Assembly: GCF_009914755.1 (NCBI RefSeq)
Contig: NC_060934.1
DNA from: the human T2T-CHM13v2.0 reference genome, Homo sapiens
Reading direction: 5' to 3' (one strand)
DNA: 64,000 nt
Shown here: one piece after another, positions 1-18,144 of the stretch
Numbering within the stretch: the first letter of the stretch is position 1
Layout of the letters: the number at the start of each line of letters is the position of its first letter
Position numbers and translations under genes: made by a program
The notes under the pieces: model-generated
What the model was told of the DNA's origin: nothing
Database searches by the model: none
The model's input: only the letters and a program-made list of their open reading frames with translations

Positions 1-484
1 CCAGAAACTGAGCAGATACCAGCATCATGCTTCCTGTATAGCCTGTGATACCATGAGCCAGTTAAACCTTTCTTTCTTTCTTTCTCTCTCTCTCTCTCCC
101 TCCCTCCCTCTCTCTCTGTCTCTCTCTCTTTCTTTTTTTTTTTTTTGTGTCTTAGTCTGTTGCCAGGCTGGAGTGCAATGGTGTCATCTATCTTGGCTCA
201 CTGCAACCTCCGCCTCCCAGGTTCAAGCTATTCTCCTGTCTCAGCCTCCCAAGTGTCTGGGCCTACAGGTGCATGCCATCACGCCCGGCTAATTTTTGTA
301 TTTTTAGTAGAGACGGGGTTTCACCATGTTGGCCAGAATGGTCTTGATCTCTTGACCTCGTGATCTGCCCACCTTGGCCTCCCAAAGTGCTGGGATTACA
401 GGCATAAGCCACCATGCCCGACCCTTTTCTTTTTAAATTACCTAGTCTCAGGTATTTATAGCAATGTGAGAATGACGTAATACA
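1..484 (+). mobile_element. MaLR (MST-like) LTR 3' part, interrupted by an Alu
   Basis: agcagataccagcatcatgcttcctgtatagcctg...ccatgagccagttaaacct...aattacctagtctcaggtatttatagcaatg...taataca terminus. Confidence 0.75.
68..423 (-). mobile_element. AluS with (CT)n/poly-T tail
   Basis: Reverse-complement Alu dimer (gctggagtgcaatgg...cccaaagtgctgggattacaggc). Confidence 0.95.
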
Positions 485-2441
485 ACCAATAATGTGGTAT
501 CTCTATGAATGTGTGAGAACTACAGCATTGTTGGGCTTTGTGTGCCCCCTAAAGCAGATACAGGTTAGATCACAACACCCAAGTCCTTTTGAATATCTGG
601 AAACCTTTCCCAAGAAGGACGGGTATAAACAAGCCCAGATTGAGAAGACTACAATAAATACCTAACTGTTCAATGCCCAGACACAGACAAGTATCTACAA
701 GTATCAAGACCATCCAGGGAAACAGGACATCACCACATGAACTAAATAATGCACCAGGAACCAATTCTAGAAAAACAGATATATTGCCTTTCAGACACAG
801 AATCCAAAATAGCCATTTTGAGGAAACTCAAAGAAATTCAAGATAACACAGAGAAGGAATTCAGAATACTATCAGACCAATTTAACAAAGTGATTGTAAT
901 AATTAGAAAGAATCAAGCAGAAATCCTAGACTGAAAAATACAATTGGCATTCTGAAGAATGCATCAGTCTTTTAGTAGCAGAATTGATCAAGCAGAAGAA
1001 AGAATTAGTGAACTTGAAGACAGGCTATTTGAAAATACTTGGCAGAGGAGATAAAAGGAAAAAGAATAAAAAACAATAAAACACATGTACAGAATCTAGA
1101 AAATAGCCTCAAAAGGGCAAATCTAAGAGTTATAGGTCTTAAAGAAGAGGTAGAAAAAAATATGGGGTAGAAAGTTTATTCAAAGGGATAATAATAGAGG
1201 ACTTCCCAAACCTAGAGAAATATATCAATATCCAAGTACAAGAAGGTTATAGAACACCAAGCAGATTTAACCTAAAGAAGACTACCTCAAGGCATTTAAT
1301 AATCAAACTCCCAAAGGTCAAGGACAAATAAAGGATCCTAAAAGCAGCAAGAGAAGAGAAACAAATAACATACAATGGAGCTCCAATATGCCTAGTAGCA
1401 CTTTTTGGTGGAAACCTTACAGGTCAGGAGAGAGTGACATACTTAAATTGCTGAAGAAAAAAAGTTTTACCTGAGAATAGTATATCCAGTAAAAATATCC
1501 TTCAAATGTGATGGACAAATAAGCTTTCCCAGACAAACAAAAGCTGAGGGATTTTGTCAACACCAGACCTGCCCTACAAGAAATTCTAAAGGGAATACTT
1601 CAGTCAGAAAGAAAAGTATGTTAATGAGCAATAAGAAATCCTCTGAAGGTACAAAACTCACTGCTAATAATAAGTACACAGAAAAACAGAATATTATAAC
1701 ACTGTAACTGCAGTGTATAAACTACTCTTATTTCTAGTAAAAAGACTAAATGATGAACAAATCAAAAATAATAACTACAAATTTTTAAGACATAGTACAA
1801 TAACATATAAATAGAAAGAGCAAAAAGTTTAAAAGAGGGGGATAGAGTCTGTAGTTTCTTTTTGCTTGTTGCTTCTATTGTTTATTTATGCAAACAGGGT
1901 TAAGTTGTTATCAGCTTAAAACAATGGGTATTAAGATAGTATTTGCAAGCCTCATGGCAACTTCAAACCAAAAACCATACAACAGATACACAAAATATGT
2001 AAGAAGCAAGACACTAAATCATATCACCAGACAAAACCATCTTCACTAAAAGGAAGAAAGGAAGTAAAGAATGAAGGAAAAGAAGACCACAAAACAACCA
2101 GAAAACAAATAACAAAACGGCAGGAGTAAATATTTACTTATCAATAATAACAGTGAATGTAAATGGACTAAACTCCAATCAAAAGACATAGAGTGGCTAA
2201 ATGGATAAGAAAACAAGACCCAATGATCTGTTGCCTACAAGAAACAAACTTCATCCATAAAGACACACATAGACTGAAAATAAAGGGATTAAAAAAAAAT
2301 TCCATCCAAATGGAAACCAAAAAGGAGCAGAAGTAGCTATACTTACATCATGCAAAATAGATTTCAAGACAAAAATTGTAAGAACAGACAAAGACGGTCA
2401 CTATATAATGATAAAGGGGTCAACTCAGCAAGAAGATGTAA

Positions 2442-2741
<300 letters not shown>

Positions 2742-4598
2742 ATATAACAATTTTAAATAAACATGCACCCAACATTGATAAATAAAGCCAATATTATTAG
2801 AGCTAAAGTGAGAGACAGGCCCCAGTACAATAATAGCTGGAGAATTCAACACTCCACTTTCAGCACTGGACAGATCTAACAGACAGAAAACCCATAAAGA
2901 AACATCAGACTTAATCTGCACTGTAGACCCAATGGATATTTACAGAACATTTCATCAGTCAGCTGCAGAATACACATTCTTTTCCTCAGCACATGGATCA
3001 TTCTCAAAGATAGACCATATGTTAGATCACAAAACAAGTCTTAAAACATTAAAAAAACTGAACTAATGTCAAGCATCTTCTCTGACCACAATGGAATAAA
3101 ACTAAAAATCAGTAACAAGAGGAATTTTGGAAACTATACAAATACATGTAAATTAATCAATATGCTCCTGAATGACCAGTGGGTCAATGAAGAAATTAAG
3201 AAGGAAATTGAAAAATTTCTCAAAACAAATAACAATGGAAACAGAACATACAAAAACCTATGGGACAGAGCAAAAGCATTTCCAAGAAGGAAATTTATAG
3301 CTGTAAGTGCCTGCCTACATCAAAAAAGAAGAAAAATTTCAAATAACGTAATGATTCATCTTAAATAACTAGAAAAGCAAGAGCAAACCAAACCCAAAAT
3401 TAGTAGAAGAAAAGAAATAATAAAAACCTGAGCAGACATAAATGGAATTGAAATGAAAAAAATACAAAAGATTGATGAAACAAAAAGTTTTTTTTTAAAC
3501 TTAAACCAAATTGACAAACCTTTAGCCAGACTAAGAAAAAATGAGAGAAGATCCAAATAAACAAAATCAGAATGAAAAAGGAGACATTACAACTGATACT
3601 GCAGAAATTCAAAGGATCATTAGTGGATACTATGAGCAACTACATGCCAGTAAATTGGAAAATCTAGAAGAAATGGACAAATTCCTAGACACATACAATC
3701 TACCAAGACTGAATCATGAAGAAATCCAAAACCTGAACAGACCAAATAACAAGTAACAAGATCGAAGCTATAATAAAAGGTCTCCCAGTAAAGAAAACCT
3801 GGGACCTGTTGGCTTCACTGCTGAATTCTACAAAACACTTAAAGAAGAACTAATATCAATCCTACTCAAAGGACTCCAGAAAATAGAGGAGGGAATACTT
3901 CCAAAATCATTCTATGAGGGCAGTATTACCCTGATATTGAAACCAGACAAAGGCACATCAAAAAAAAAGGAAACTACAGGCCAATGTTTCTGATGACTAT
4001 TGATAAAAAATCCTCAACAAAATACTAGCAAACCAAATTCAACAATACATTAATAAGATCATTCATCATGACCAAGTGGGATTTATTCCTGGGATGCAAT
4101 AATAGTTCAAAATATACAAGTCAATCAATGTGATACATCATATCACAGAATGAATGACAAAAACCATACGATCATTTCAATTGATGCTGAAAAAGCATTT
4201 GATGAAATTCAACATCCCTTCATGAGAAAAACTCTAAAAAACCGGGTATAGAAGGAACATACCTCAACATAATAAAAGCCATATGTGACTTTCATATGAC
4301 TCACAGCTGGTATCATACTGAATGGGGAAAAAAATGAAAGCCTTTCTTCTAAGATCTGGAACACAACAAAGATTCCCACTTCCACCACTATTATTCAACA
4401 TAGTACTGAAAGTCCTAGCTACAGCAATTAGATTAGAGAAAGAAACAAAGGGCATCCAAACTGGAAAGGAAGAAGTCAAATTGTCCTTGTTTGCAGATGC
4501 TGTAATCTTATATTTGGAGAAACCTAAAGACTCTATCAGTTCTAATAGTTTTTTGGTAAATAAATTCAGTAAAGTTGCAGGATACAAAATCAACATAT

Positions 4599-4941
<343 letters not shown>

Positions 4942-5908
4942 TTAAGAGAAATAAAAAAGTAATCTCACATACAATAGCCACAAATATAATTAAATATCTA
5001 GGAATTAACCAAAGAAGTGAAAGATCTCTATAATATAAACCATAAACACTGGTGAAATAAATTGAAGAGGACACAAAAAATGGAAAGATATTCTATATTC
5101 ATGAATTAGAATAATCAATATTGTTAAAATGTCCATACTACCCAAAGCAATCTACAGATTCAATGCAATCCCTCTCAGAATACCAATGACATTGTTCACA
5201 GAAATAGAAAAAAAAATCCTCAAATGTATGTGGAACCACAAAAGATCCAGAATAGCCAAAGCTATCCTAAGCTAGAAGAACAAAACTGGAGGAATCACAT
5301 TATCTGACTTCTAATTATACTATGGGGCTATAGTAACCAAAACAGCATGGTCCTGGCAAAACAACAACAACAAATAAATAGACCATTGGTACAGGATAGA
5401 GAACCCAGAAACAAATCCACACACCTACAGTGAACTCATTTTCAACAAAGGTGCCAAGAACATACACTGGGGAAAAGACAGTCTCTTCAATAAATGGTAT
5501 TGGGATAACTGGATATCCATATGCAGAAGAATGAAACTAGACCCTTATCTCTCTCCAGACACAAAAATCAAATCAAAATAGATTAAAGAGTTAAATCTAA
5601 GACCTTAAACAGTGAAACTGACAAAAGAAACATTGGGGAAACTCTCTAGGACACTGGTCTGAGCAAAAATTTCTTGAGTAATATCCTATAAACACAGGCA
5701 ACCAAAGCACAAATAAACAAATGGAATCACAAAAAGCTTTTGCACAACAAAGGAAACAATTAACAAAGTGAAGAGACAACTCACAGAATGGGAGAAAATA
5801 TTTGCAAACTACCCATCTGACGGGGATTAACAACCAGAATATGTAAGGAGCTCAAACAACTCTATAGGAAAAAAAATCTAATAATATGATTTAAAAATGG
5901 GCAAAAAT

Positions 5909-6207
<299 letters not shown>

Positions 6208-7397
6208 GGCAAAAGACTTGAATCGACATTTCTCAGAAGAAGAAATACAAATGTCAAATAGGCATATGAAAAGGTGCTCAACATCACTGATCATCAGAGA
6301 CATGCAAATCAAAACTACAATAAGATTTCATCTTAACCACAGTTAAAATGGCTTTTATCCAAAGGGGAGCAATAACAAATGCTGACAAGGATGTGAAGAA
6401 AAGGGAACCCTCATACACTGCTGGGGGATGTAAATTTAGTACAACCACTATGGAGAACAGTTTGGAGTTTCCTCAAAAAACTAAAAAAAGAGCTACCATA
6501 TGATCCAGCAATCCCACTGCTGGGTATATACCCAAAAGAAAAAAAATCAGTATATTAAAGACATATCTGCACTCTCATGTTTGTTGCAGCACTGTTCGCA
6601 ATAGCCAAGATTTGGAAGCAATGTAAGTGTTCCATCAACAGATGAATGGATAAAGAAAATGTGCTACTTATACACAATGGAGTACTATTCAGCCACAAAA
6701 AAGAATGAGATCCTGTCATTTGCAACAACACTGATGGAACCGGAACTCATGTTAAGTGAAATAAGCTAGGCACAGAAAGACAAACATCACATGCTCTCAC
6801 TTATTTGTAAATCTAAAACTCAAAACAATTGAACTCATGGAGATAATAGAATAGTTGCTAGAGGCTGGGAAGAGTAGTGGAGTGGGTGGGGGGAAATAAG
6901 GATAGTTAATGGGTACAAAAAAATAATTAGAATGAACAAGACCTACTATTTGATAGCACAACAGGGCTACTAGAGTCAATAATAATTTAATTGTACTTTT
7001 AAAAATAACTATAAGAGTATAATAGAATTGTTTGTAACATAAAGGATAAATGATTGAGGGGATGGATACCCCATGTTACATAATGTGGCTATTATGCATT
7101 ACATGCTTGTATCAAAACAATTCATATACCCCATAAATATATATACCTTCTATGTATGCACAAAAAACAATAAATGGACGACCTTATACAGATTTAGATG
7201 GAATACAACTGTCTTTGTTTGCAGATGACATGATTGTCTATGTAGAAAATCCAAAAGAATCAACAAAAATCTCCTAGAACTAATAAGCATTTATAGCAAG
7301 GTTGCAGGATACAAGGTTAATATACGAAAGTCAATCACTTTCCTATATGCCAGCAATGAATAAGTGGATTTTGACATTTAAGACAATATCATTTATA

Positions 7398-7532
7398 GCT
7401 AGACATCATGGTTCATGCCTGTAGTCCCAGTGCTTGGGAGGCTGAGATGGGAGGATTGCTTGAGCCTAGGAGTTAGGGTCCAGCCTGGGCAACATAGTGA
7501 GACTTCCCCTCCAAAGAAAACAAAACAAAAAA
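7398..7532 (+). mobile_element. FLAM/Alu monomer
   Basis: Single Alu-like monomer with A-rich tail. Confidence 0.8.
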
Positions 7533-7965
7533 CCCTAATACTATTTACATTAGCACTCAATAAAATACTTAGAATGAAATACTTAGGTATAAATCTAACA
7601 AAATATGTATGAGATCTATATAAGGAAAACTAAAAACTGATGAAAGAAATCAAAGAACTTAATAAATGGAGAGATATTCCATGTGCAAGGATAGGAAGAC
7701 TCAATATTGTCAAAATGTCAGATCTTCCTAAGTTGATCAATGCAATACCAATCAAAATTCTGGCAAGTTATTACACAGACATTGACAAGCTGATCTAAAG
7801 CTTATAAAGAGAGGCAAAAGACCCAAAATAGCCAATATCATATTGAAGGATAAGAACGCAGTTGGAAGACTGACACTACCCAGCTTTAAAACTTACCATA
7901 AAGCTACAATAGTGAAGACAGTGTGATACTGGTGAAAGAACAGACAAATAAATCAGTAAACCAGA

Positions 7966-8298
<333 letters not shown>

Positions 8299-8356
8299 TT
8301 AAATGTAAAACGTAAAACCATAAAACTCCAAGAAGATAACATAGAAGAAACTATAG

Positions 8357-8684
<328 letters not shown>

Positions 8685-9812
8685 TGACTTTTTAGATACA
8701 AAACCAAAGGCATGCTATGAAAGAAAGAATTGATAAACTGGACTGCATTAAAAAAAAATTCTGTTTTGTGAAAACCTCTGTCAAGAGAATGAAAACAAGA
8801 CTGGAAGAAAATATTTGCAAAAGACATCTTATAAAGGGCTGTTATCCAAAATATACAAAGAACTCTTAAAACTCAACAATAAGAAAACAAACAACTCAGT
8901 GAATAAATGGGACAAAGACTTTAACAGACACCTAACCAAAGAAGATATTTAGATGGCAAATATGCATATGAAAAGAAGATCTACATCAAATATCATCAGG
9001 GAAATGCAAATTTAAAAAACGACAACGTGATATCACTACACACCTGTTTTAGAATGGCCAAAATCCAGAACACTGACGATACCAAATGCTGATGAGGATG
9101 TGAAGCAACAAGAACTGTCATTCATTGATGGTGAGAATGCAAAATAATACAGCCACTTTGGAAGACGGTTTGGTAGTTCTTACGAAACTAAACATACTCC
9201 TACCATATGATCCAGCATCGTCCTCTTTGGTATTTACCCAAAAAGAGTTAAAAACTTGTATCCCACCCAAAACCTGCACAAATATATGTATACCAGCTTT
9301 ATTCACAAATGTCAAAAGCTGGAGGCACCAAGATGTCCTTCAGTACATGAGTGATAAATGAACTGTGGTACATCCAGACAATGGAATATTATTCAGCACT
9401 AAAAAGAAAGGAGCATCAACCCATGAAAAGACATGGAGGAAATTTAAATGCATATTATTTAGTGAAATAAGCCAATCTGAAAAGACTTACTTACTGTAAG
9501 TGACATTCTGGAAAAGGCAAAACTAGGGAAATAGTCAAATGATCAGTTGTTGCCAGAGGTAATGGGGTGGTGAGGGATGAATAGGCAGAGCATAGAGGAT
9601 TTTTAGGGCAGGGACTTTACTCTGTATGATACTGTATTGGTGGATACGTATCATTATACATTTGTCCAAACCCATAGGCTCTACAACATCTATAGTGAAC
9701 CTTAGTGTAAACTATGGACTATGGGTGATAATGATATATACCCAACAATGTAGGTTCATTAATTGTAATAAATGTATCACTCTGATAGGGGATGTTAAAA
9801 ATGGGGAATCTC

Positions 9813-10176
<364 letters not shown>

Positions 10177-10234
10177 TCAATTTTGCTGCAAATCTAAAAC
10201 TGCTCTGAAAAATAGTCTACTAAAAAAAAGCAGG

Positions 10235-10900
10235 GCCTTCATAGTAAAAATTGTAAAACATTACTGGGACAAATTAAAGAAAGCTGAAATAGAGAGCTAT
10301 ACAATATTCATGATGTGGAAGACAGTATTGTTAAGATATCCATCCTTCCTAAACTGATCAATAGATTGAATACAGCTTAAATCAAAATCCCAGAAAACTG
10401 TTTTTAGATACTGAAAACCTGATTTGAAAATTTGTATAGAAATACAAAGGACTTAGGGTAGCCAAGACAATCTTTAAGAAGAAGAATGGAGGACTTACAT
10501 TACCTGATTTCTAGATCTGATATAAAGGTATAGTAATTAAGGAATTATTTAAGGATAAGAAAAATAAGTAAGTGAAAACAGAGGATCCAGAAATTGATCC
10601 ATACATAATAGTCAACTAATTTACAACAGTGACACCAATGAAATTCAATAGCAAAAAGAAAATCTTTTCATCAAATGGTAATGGAATTGTAAATTTTTCA
10701 GAAATTGACATACCACTACATGCCTTTTAGAATGGCTAAAATAAAATTAAAAGAATGTGTAAATATTGGTCCAGTAATTATACCAAATGTACCATACTAA
10801 TGTAAGATGCTAATAATAGGGAAAACTGAGTGTGGACTATATGGGAACTCTCATGAATCTAAAACGGTTTTTTAAAACAGACTCATTTTTTAATAGAATG
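10235..10900 (+). mobile_element. Ancient L1ME-like fragments
   Basis: Degenerate ORF2 3' sequence (gtagccaagacaatctttaagaagaagaat...ggacttacattacctgattt). Confidence 0.65.
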
Positions 10901-11192
10901 CATACGCTTTAGGGCAAGGGCTTTATTATGCTGCTTTAAACTGCTCAATTGACTTTTCATTACTTTTGTGGTGTTTACTATGGTCTGAACAGTTTACTTC
11001 ACCTAAAATCTAAGTTGTAACAATGTTTAAAAAAATTTTTTTTTGGATTTTGTCACTTTTTTATTGAAATAGTTTAACAAACATGATTCATTGAAAATAA
11101 TATTCTCATGCCATATTAAAATAGTTTTGTAATTTTATTTTTATACTCAACTCTTTTTCTTTTATTATATTTTATTTTATTTTATCTTAAAA

Positions 11193-11365
11193 TTTTTTTA
11201 TTATACTTTAAGTTTTAAGGTACATATGCACAACGTGCAGGTTAGTTACATATGTACACATGTGCCATGTTGGTGTGCTGCACCTAGTAACTCGTCATTT
11301 AACATTAGGTATATCTCCAAATGCTATCCCTCCCACCCCCGCCACCCCACAACAGGCCCCGGTGT
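11193..11365 (-). mobile_element. L1PA 3'-end fragment (5'-truncated)
   Basis: ttattatactttaagttttaaggtacatatgcacaacgtgcagg...caacaggccccggtgt. Confidence 0.9.
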
Positions 11366-12843
11366 TTAAAATGTTTTGTGTTACTTATTTCTGCAGCAAG
11401 CTCACACACCTCTTGAGGACAAGGCCTGTTTCTCTAAGTGATTTCTTTTTATGACACTCAGTACTCAGTCTAGCATTATACCTAAGTATGTCTTCGTTAA
11501 TATATTTTCCCAATCTAAGTATATCTACTGAAATGCCAAAGGAAATTCAACAGAAAGTTGGGTTTTTAATGTGACTCCTCGAATTTAGTAGCTACCTATT
11601 TTTATTAAAATCAATCTTCAATGCTGAAGAAAAACTAGATAAGTAAATAAGTGATACTATTGAAAAATCAATATGTAGCATCAGGGAGTCCAATACTCTA
11701 TTTTTGGAACTATTTTAAAACCTGCAACATGTGTTTTCTTTTCTGCATTTCAATTTTTTCAGTGACAGGCATTGCTTCATACGAGGATAGCATATACACA
11801 GGCTTATAGTTCAAGAGGGAAAGGAGGTTCACTGGTTTAATATTCTCACCCTTTGTCTTGAAGAGTTACATTGGTTCACCTTGGTTAGGTGAACGTGTAA
11901 CTTTCCGAAGCACTTGTAATTTTCTCACAATTCTAGAGAAAAATTAGTGTGCCTCTCATTGTCATAAATATCTACCGCTAGCCCATCACGTGAAGAGACG
12001 CTTAAAATCATTAGTATTTTAAAGATTATACAGATAGAACACTATATTATTCTTTTCAAAGATTCACCAACACTGAGTTATTTGTTCGAAATCATCTACT
12101 TAAATTTTAAAATTCCTTTTACTTAAAGAACCAACAGAATGATATTCCCAATTTTACATAAGAGGAAAATAAGATCCACAAAAATTAAATGATATGTTCT
12201 CATTCACTTAGCTACTTGTCAGAACTGCAGTTTCATGCCCTATGCTACTCAGTTAATTTAGTTTTTGAGTATGTATGTTAGTGGAGGAAATACATTAAGG
12301 AAGAGGAAGCAGGTAAGGAGAAAGAAAGGGAAAGCAAAAGTGCATTTCAAGTGTTTTGTAACATATCTGCCATTTTTCCTTTGATATTTACAGGCCATCT
12401 TTACCAGGAATGGTAGCTCACTAGCTGCAAAACCAAAGAGCCCTTTGTCTTTGAAGCCACCCTTCAAAAGTAGCACTTTCTATGTAATCAGAGAAATGTC
12501 ATGCTCAGAAGCAAATTTATCCCTTCATAATCTGCTCCAACTGAATGTCTGTGGTGGATCTCAAGTTATTCCACAGAAAAGAATATATATTCCATGGTGC
12601 TCAAGTCTGAGGTTCTCCTTATCCTCCTTCTGCTCCCCTCTCTCCTAATACTGGAAGTCCCACACCAACATTTTTAACCATCTTTCAGTAGTTACATTTG
12701 ATAACCATTGAGTCTCTTCATCTGACTAACTTCTGTAGATATAAAGATAAATACCTCCCTTTTTGTCATGAAAAGCATCCAATCTAGTGAAAAACATACT
12801 CCAATACAGCTCTCAAGGGGATGTGCTTCCATTATATTCATGA

Positions 12844-13154
<311 letters not shown>

Positions 13155-13347
13155 CTTTTTCTATTCTATTAACTAATGTGGCATTAATAAACACAAATAT
13201 TTAACCTGTCTGAAGTCTAAAACTCTCTGTAAGAACAGGTCATTGAAAGCAGTATTTTAAAATGAAGGACACCATAAGTCTATTCTTATTTTTCTATATT
13301 TTTTCAAACTTATTTTACATGATTTTCAGACAATTTCCATCTCCTAA

Positions 13348-13685
<338 letters not shown>

Positions 13686-13801
13686 TAATATACTTAATGT
13701 CACAAAACTGTATACTTAAAAATGATTAAAATGGTAAACTTTGTTATGAAAACATTATCACAATTCTTTTCTTTTTAATGACTCAATAAAGAAGAGAGGG
13801 A

Positions 13802-14128
13802 GGCCTGGCATGGTGGCTCATGCCTGTAATCCCAGCACATTGGTAGGCTGAGGCAGGAAGACTGCTTGAGCCCAGGAGTTTGAGACCAGTCTGGGCAACA
13901 TAGGGAGATCCCATCTCTACAAAAAATGTAAAACATTAGCCAGGCATGGTGGCACATGCCTGTAGTCCCAGCTATTCAGGAAGCTGAGCTGGGAGTATCA
14001 CTTGGGCCCTGGAGGTGGAGGCTGCAGTAAGCTGTGATCATGCTACTGCACTCCAGCCTGGGCAACAGAGCAAGACCCTGTCTCAATAAATAAATAAATA
14101 AACAAACAAACAAATAAATAAATAAACA
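13802..14128 (+). mobile_element. AluJ with (TAAA/CAAA)n tail
   Basis: cttgagcccaggagtttgag, gcaagaccctgtctc. Confidence 0.92.
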
Positions 14129-15389
14129 AGGGGCTTTTAGGGGAAAATAAAATATAAAATGAGAATTGTATATATGGAAAAGAATGTGCAATAAGGGGAA
14201 ATTTAAATGTTTCAATATTATAAAAATTAAATGATTCTCCAGGAGACAGCTTAGTTCTAAAATTATTTTATTAATCTGTAGTTCAAATGCCAGGTTGAAA
14301 ATAGATTTTAAAACTATTTTTTAAGTTACGAAACTAATATCTGCTCTTTATTTTCATTCAAGTATAGCAATAAAGTAAGTATTTTTCTCTTCCTCCAACC
14401 TCTCCACTCTACTCAAGGGTAACTACTATTATGTCTCATAGATATTCTCCTGGAAATGTTAATACATATTCTTATACACATATTTTTATAAATATGGCTC
14501 ATTTATACTATTCTATAATCTGTTTTACTTAATATATCTTGGAGATCTTTCCATATTATCACATTGATTTACCTTATTTTTTAAAGCTACATAGTGTTCA
14601 ACTATATGTATGTACATTACTTACATACTCACCTACACGAAAGCCTTATAACTATTGGAAAAAAAAGGATTTAGAAACTGTGTAACATTGTTAACAATGA
14701 TGTAATTTGTGTCTGAATAAGATAAGCTATGTCCAATTTCTTTCTCAAAACTGCAATAAATACATACTGTGAAACACCCATTCTTGAAATCTGTGTAGAG
14801 TATTTTCTATATCAATTTGAAATCAAAGAAGTAATTTAGTAGGGAGTCTATAAGTACCCAAATAACAGGACAAAAAGCATTTAGCTTGGATTATTTTTCT
14901 GACCTAACAGAGTGGAAACATCAGAATTAAAAAATATACCTCCAAAAACCTCCTTGAAAAGCTGAGAATAGATGTTAAACACCTATGTTGAAGTGAAAAG
15001 TATGGTCAAAATATTTTGATGGTAATGCCTAACAATGAGAGACGATGAAATTTCATTGTTGCCTTATAACATTTTCAATGAAAGTCCTAATTTTGGCATA
15101 TTAAGGTGCTAAAAAGAAAGGATGTTTCTGAGCAATTTGTGTCATTTTAAAGCTTAGCTATTAAGTTTCTTAATACTTTAACAGTTTAATATGTGCATAT
15201 ATATGCAGAGCAAGTATTTAGATCATCATCAAGCAATTAATATTTTAATTAAGATTAGCAGGATATACTGACAACTTACAAAACTTACAAAATCCATCTT
15301 TGATGAGTATTAGTGCCAAGCCTTTCTATAAGAAATGGAAATTTGTATTATTTCTGAACTAGGCAGCATGTTCACAACATTCATTTATG

Positions 15390-17604
<2,215 letters not shown>

Positions 17605-17634
17605 CTCAAAAATATTTTTTTTAAAAAATAATCT

Positions 17635-17995
17635 ATGTCATTCAACACTGAGAAATGATTAATCATCTATTATGTACCAGGCACTATTAGATCTGGGTGA
17701 TAAGAGACATGAATATAATATGGTCCTAACTCTCAAATAAACCAGTCTGTTATTGAAAGCAAACGTATCAACGATAATTGCGATACAGTTTGACGGGGCT
17801 GTGATGGTGTTAATTCTCAGATACAGTAGTTGAGATAAAGCAGGCAATGATTAACTCTCTCTGGTACAATTAAGGTAGCCTTCCTTGAAGAATGGAAATT
17901 TCAGGCCTGGCCTAAAAGAATAAATAATAGTTTGCAGGAGGTATGCAGGGAAAGAAAACTCCAGTCACTGCAAAAGCATACACAAATACATAAAG
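17635..17995 (-). mobile_element. L2 relic
   Basis: tcattcaaca...tattatgtaccaggcactatta...ccttccttgaagaa. Confidence 0.6.
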
Positions 17996-18019
17996 ACCAA
18001 AAAAAAAAAAAAAGTCTCT

Positions 18020-18144
18020 CTTTTTTTTTGTATTTTTAGTAGAGATGGGGTTTCACCATGTTGGCCAGACTGGTCTTGAACTCTGGACCTCAAATGATCC
18101 ACCCACCTCAGCCTCCCAAAATGTTGGGATTATAGGCATGAGCC
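18020..18144 (-). mobile_element. Alu left-monomer fragment
   Basis: ttttgtatttttagtagagatggggtttcaccatg...ggcatgagcc. Confidence 0.85.

Noticed and set aside
12394-12648. + strand acceptor (tttacag|GCC) with an open frame
   Set aside because: No convincing donor, unrecognisable peptide, opposite to the other candidate exons.
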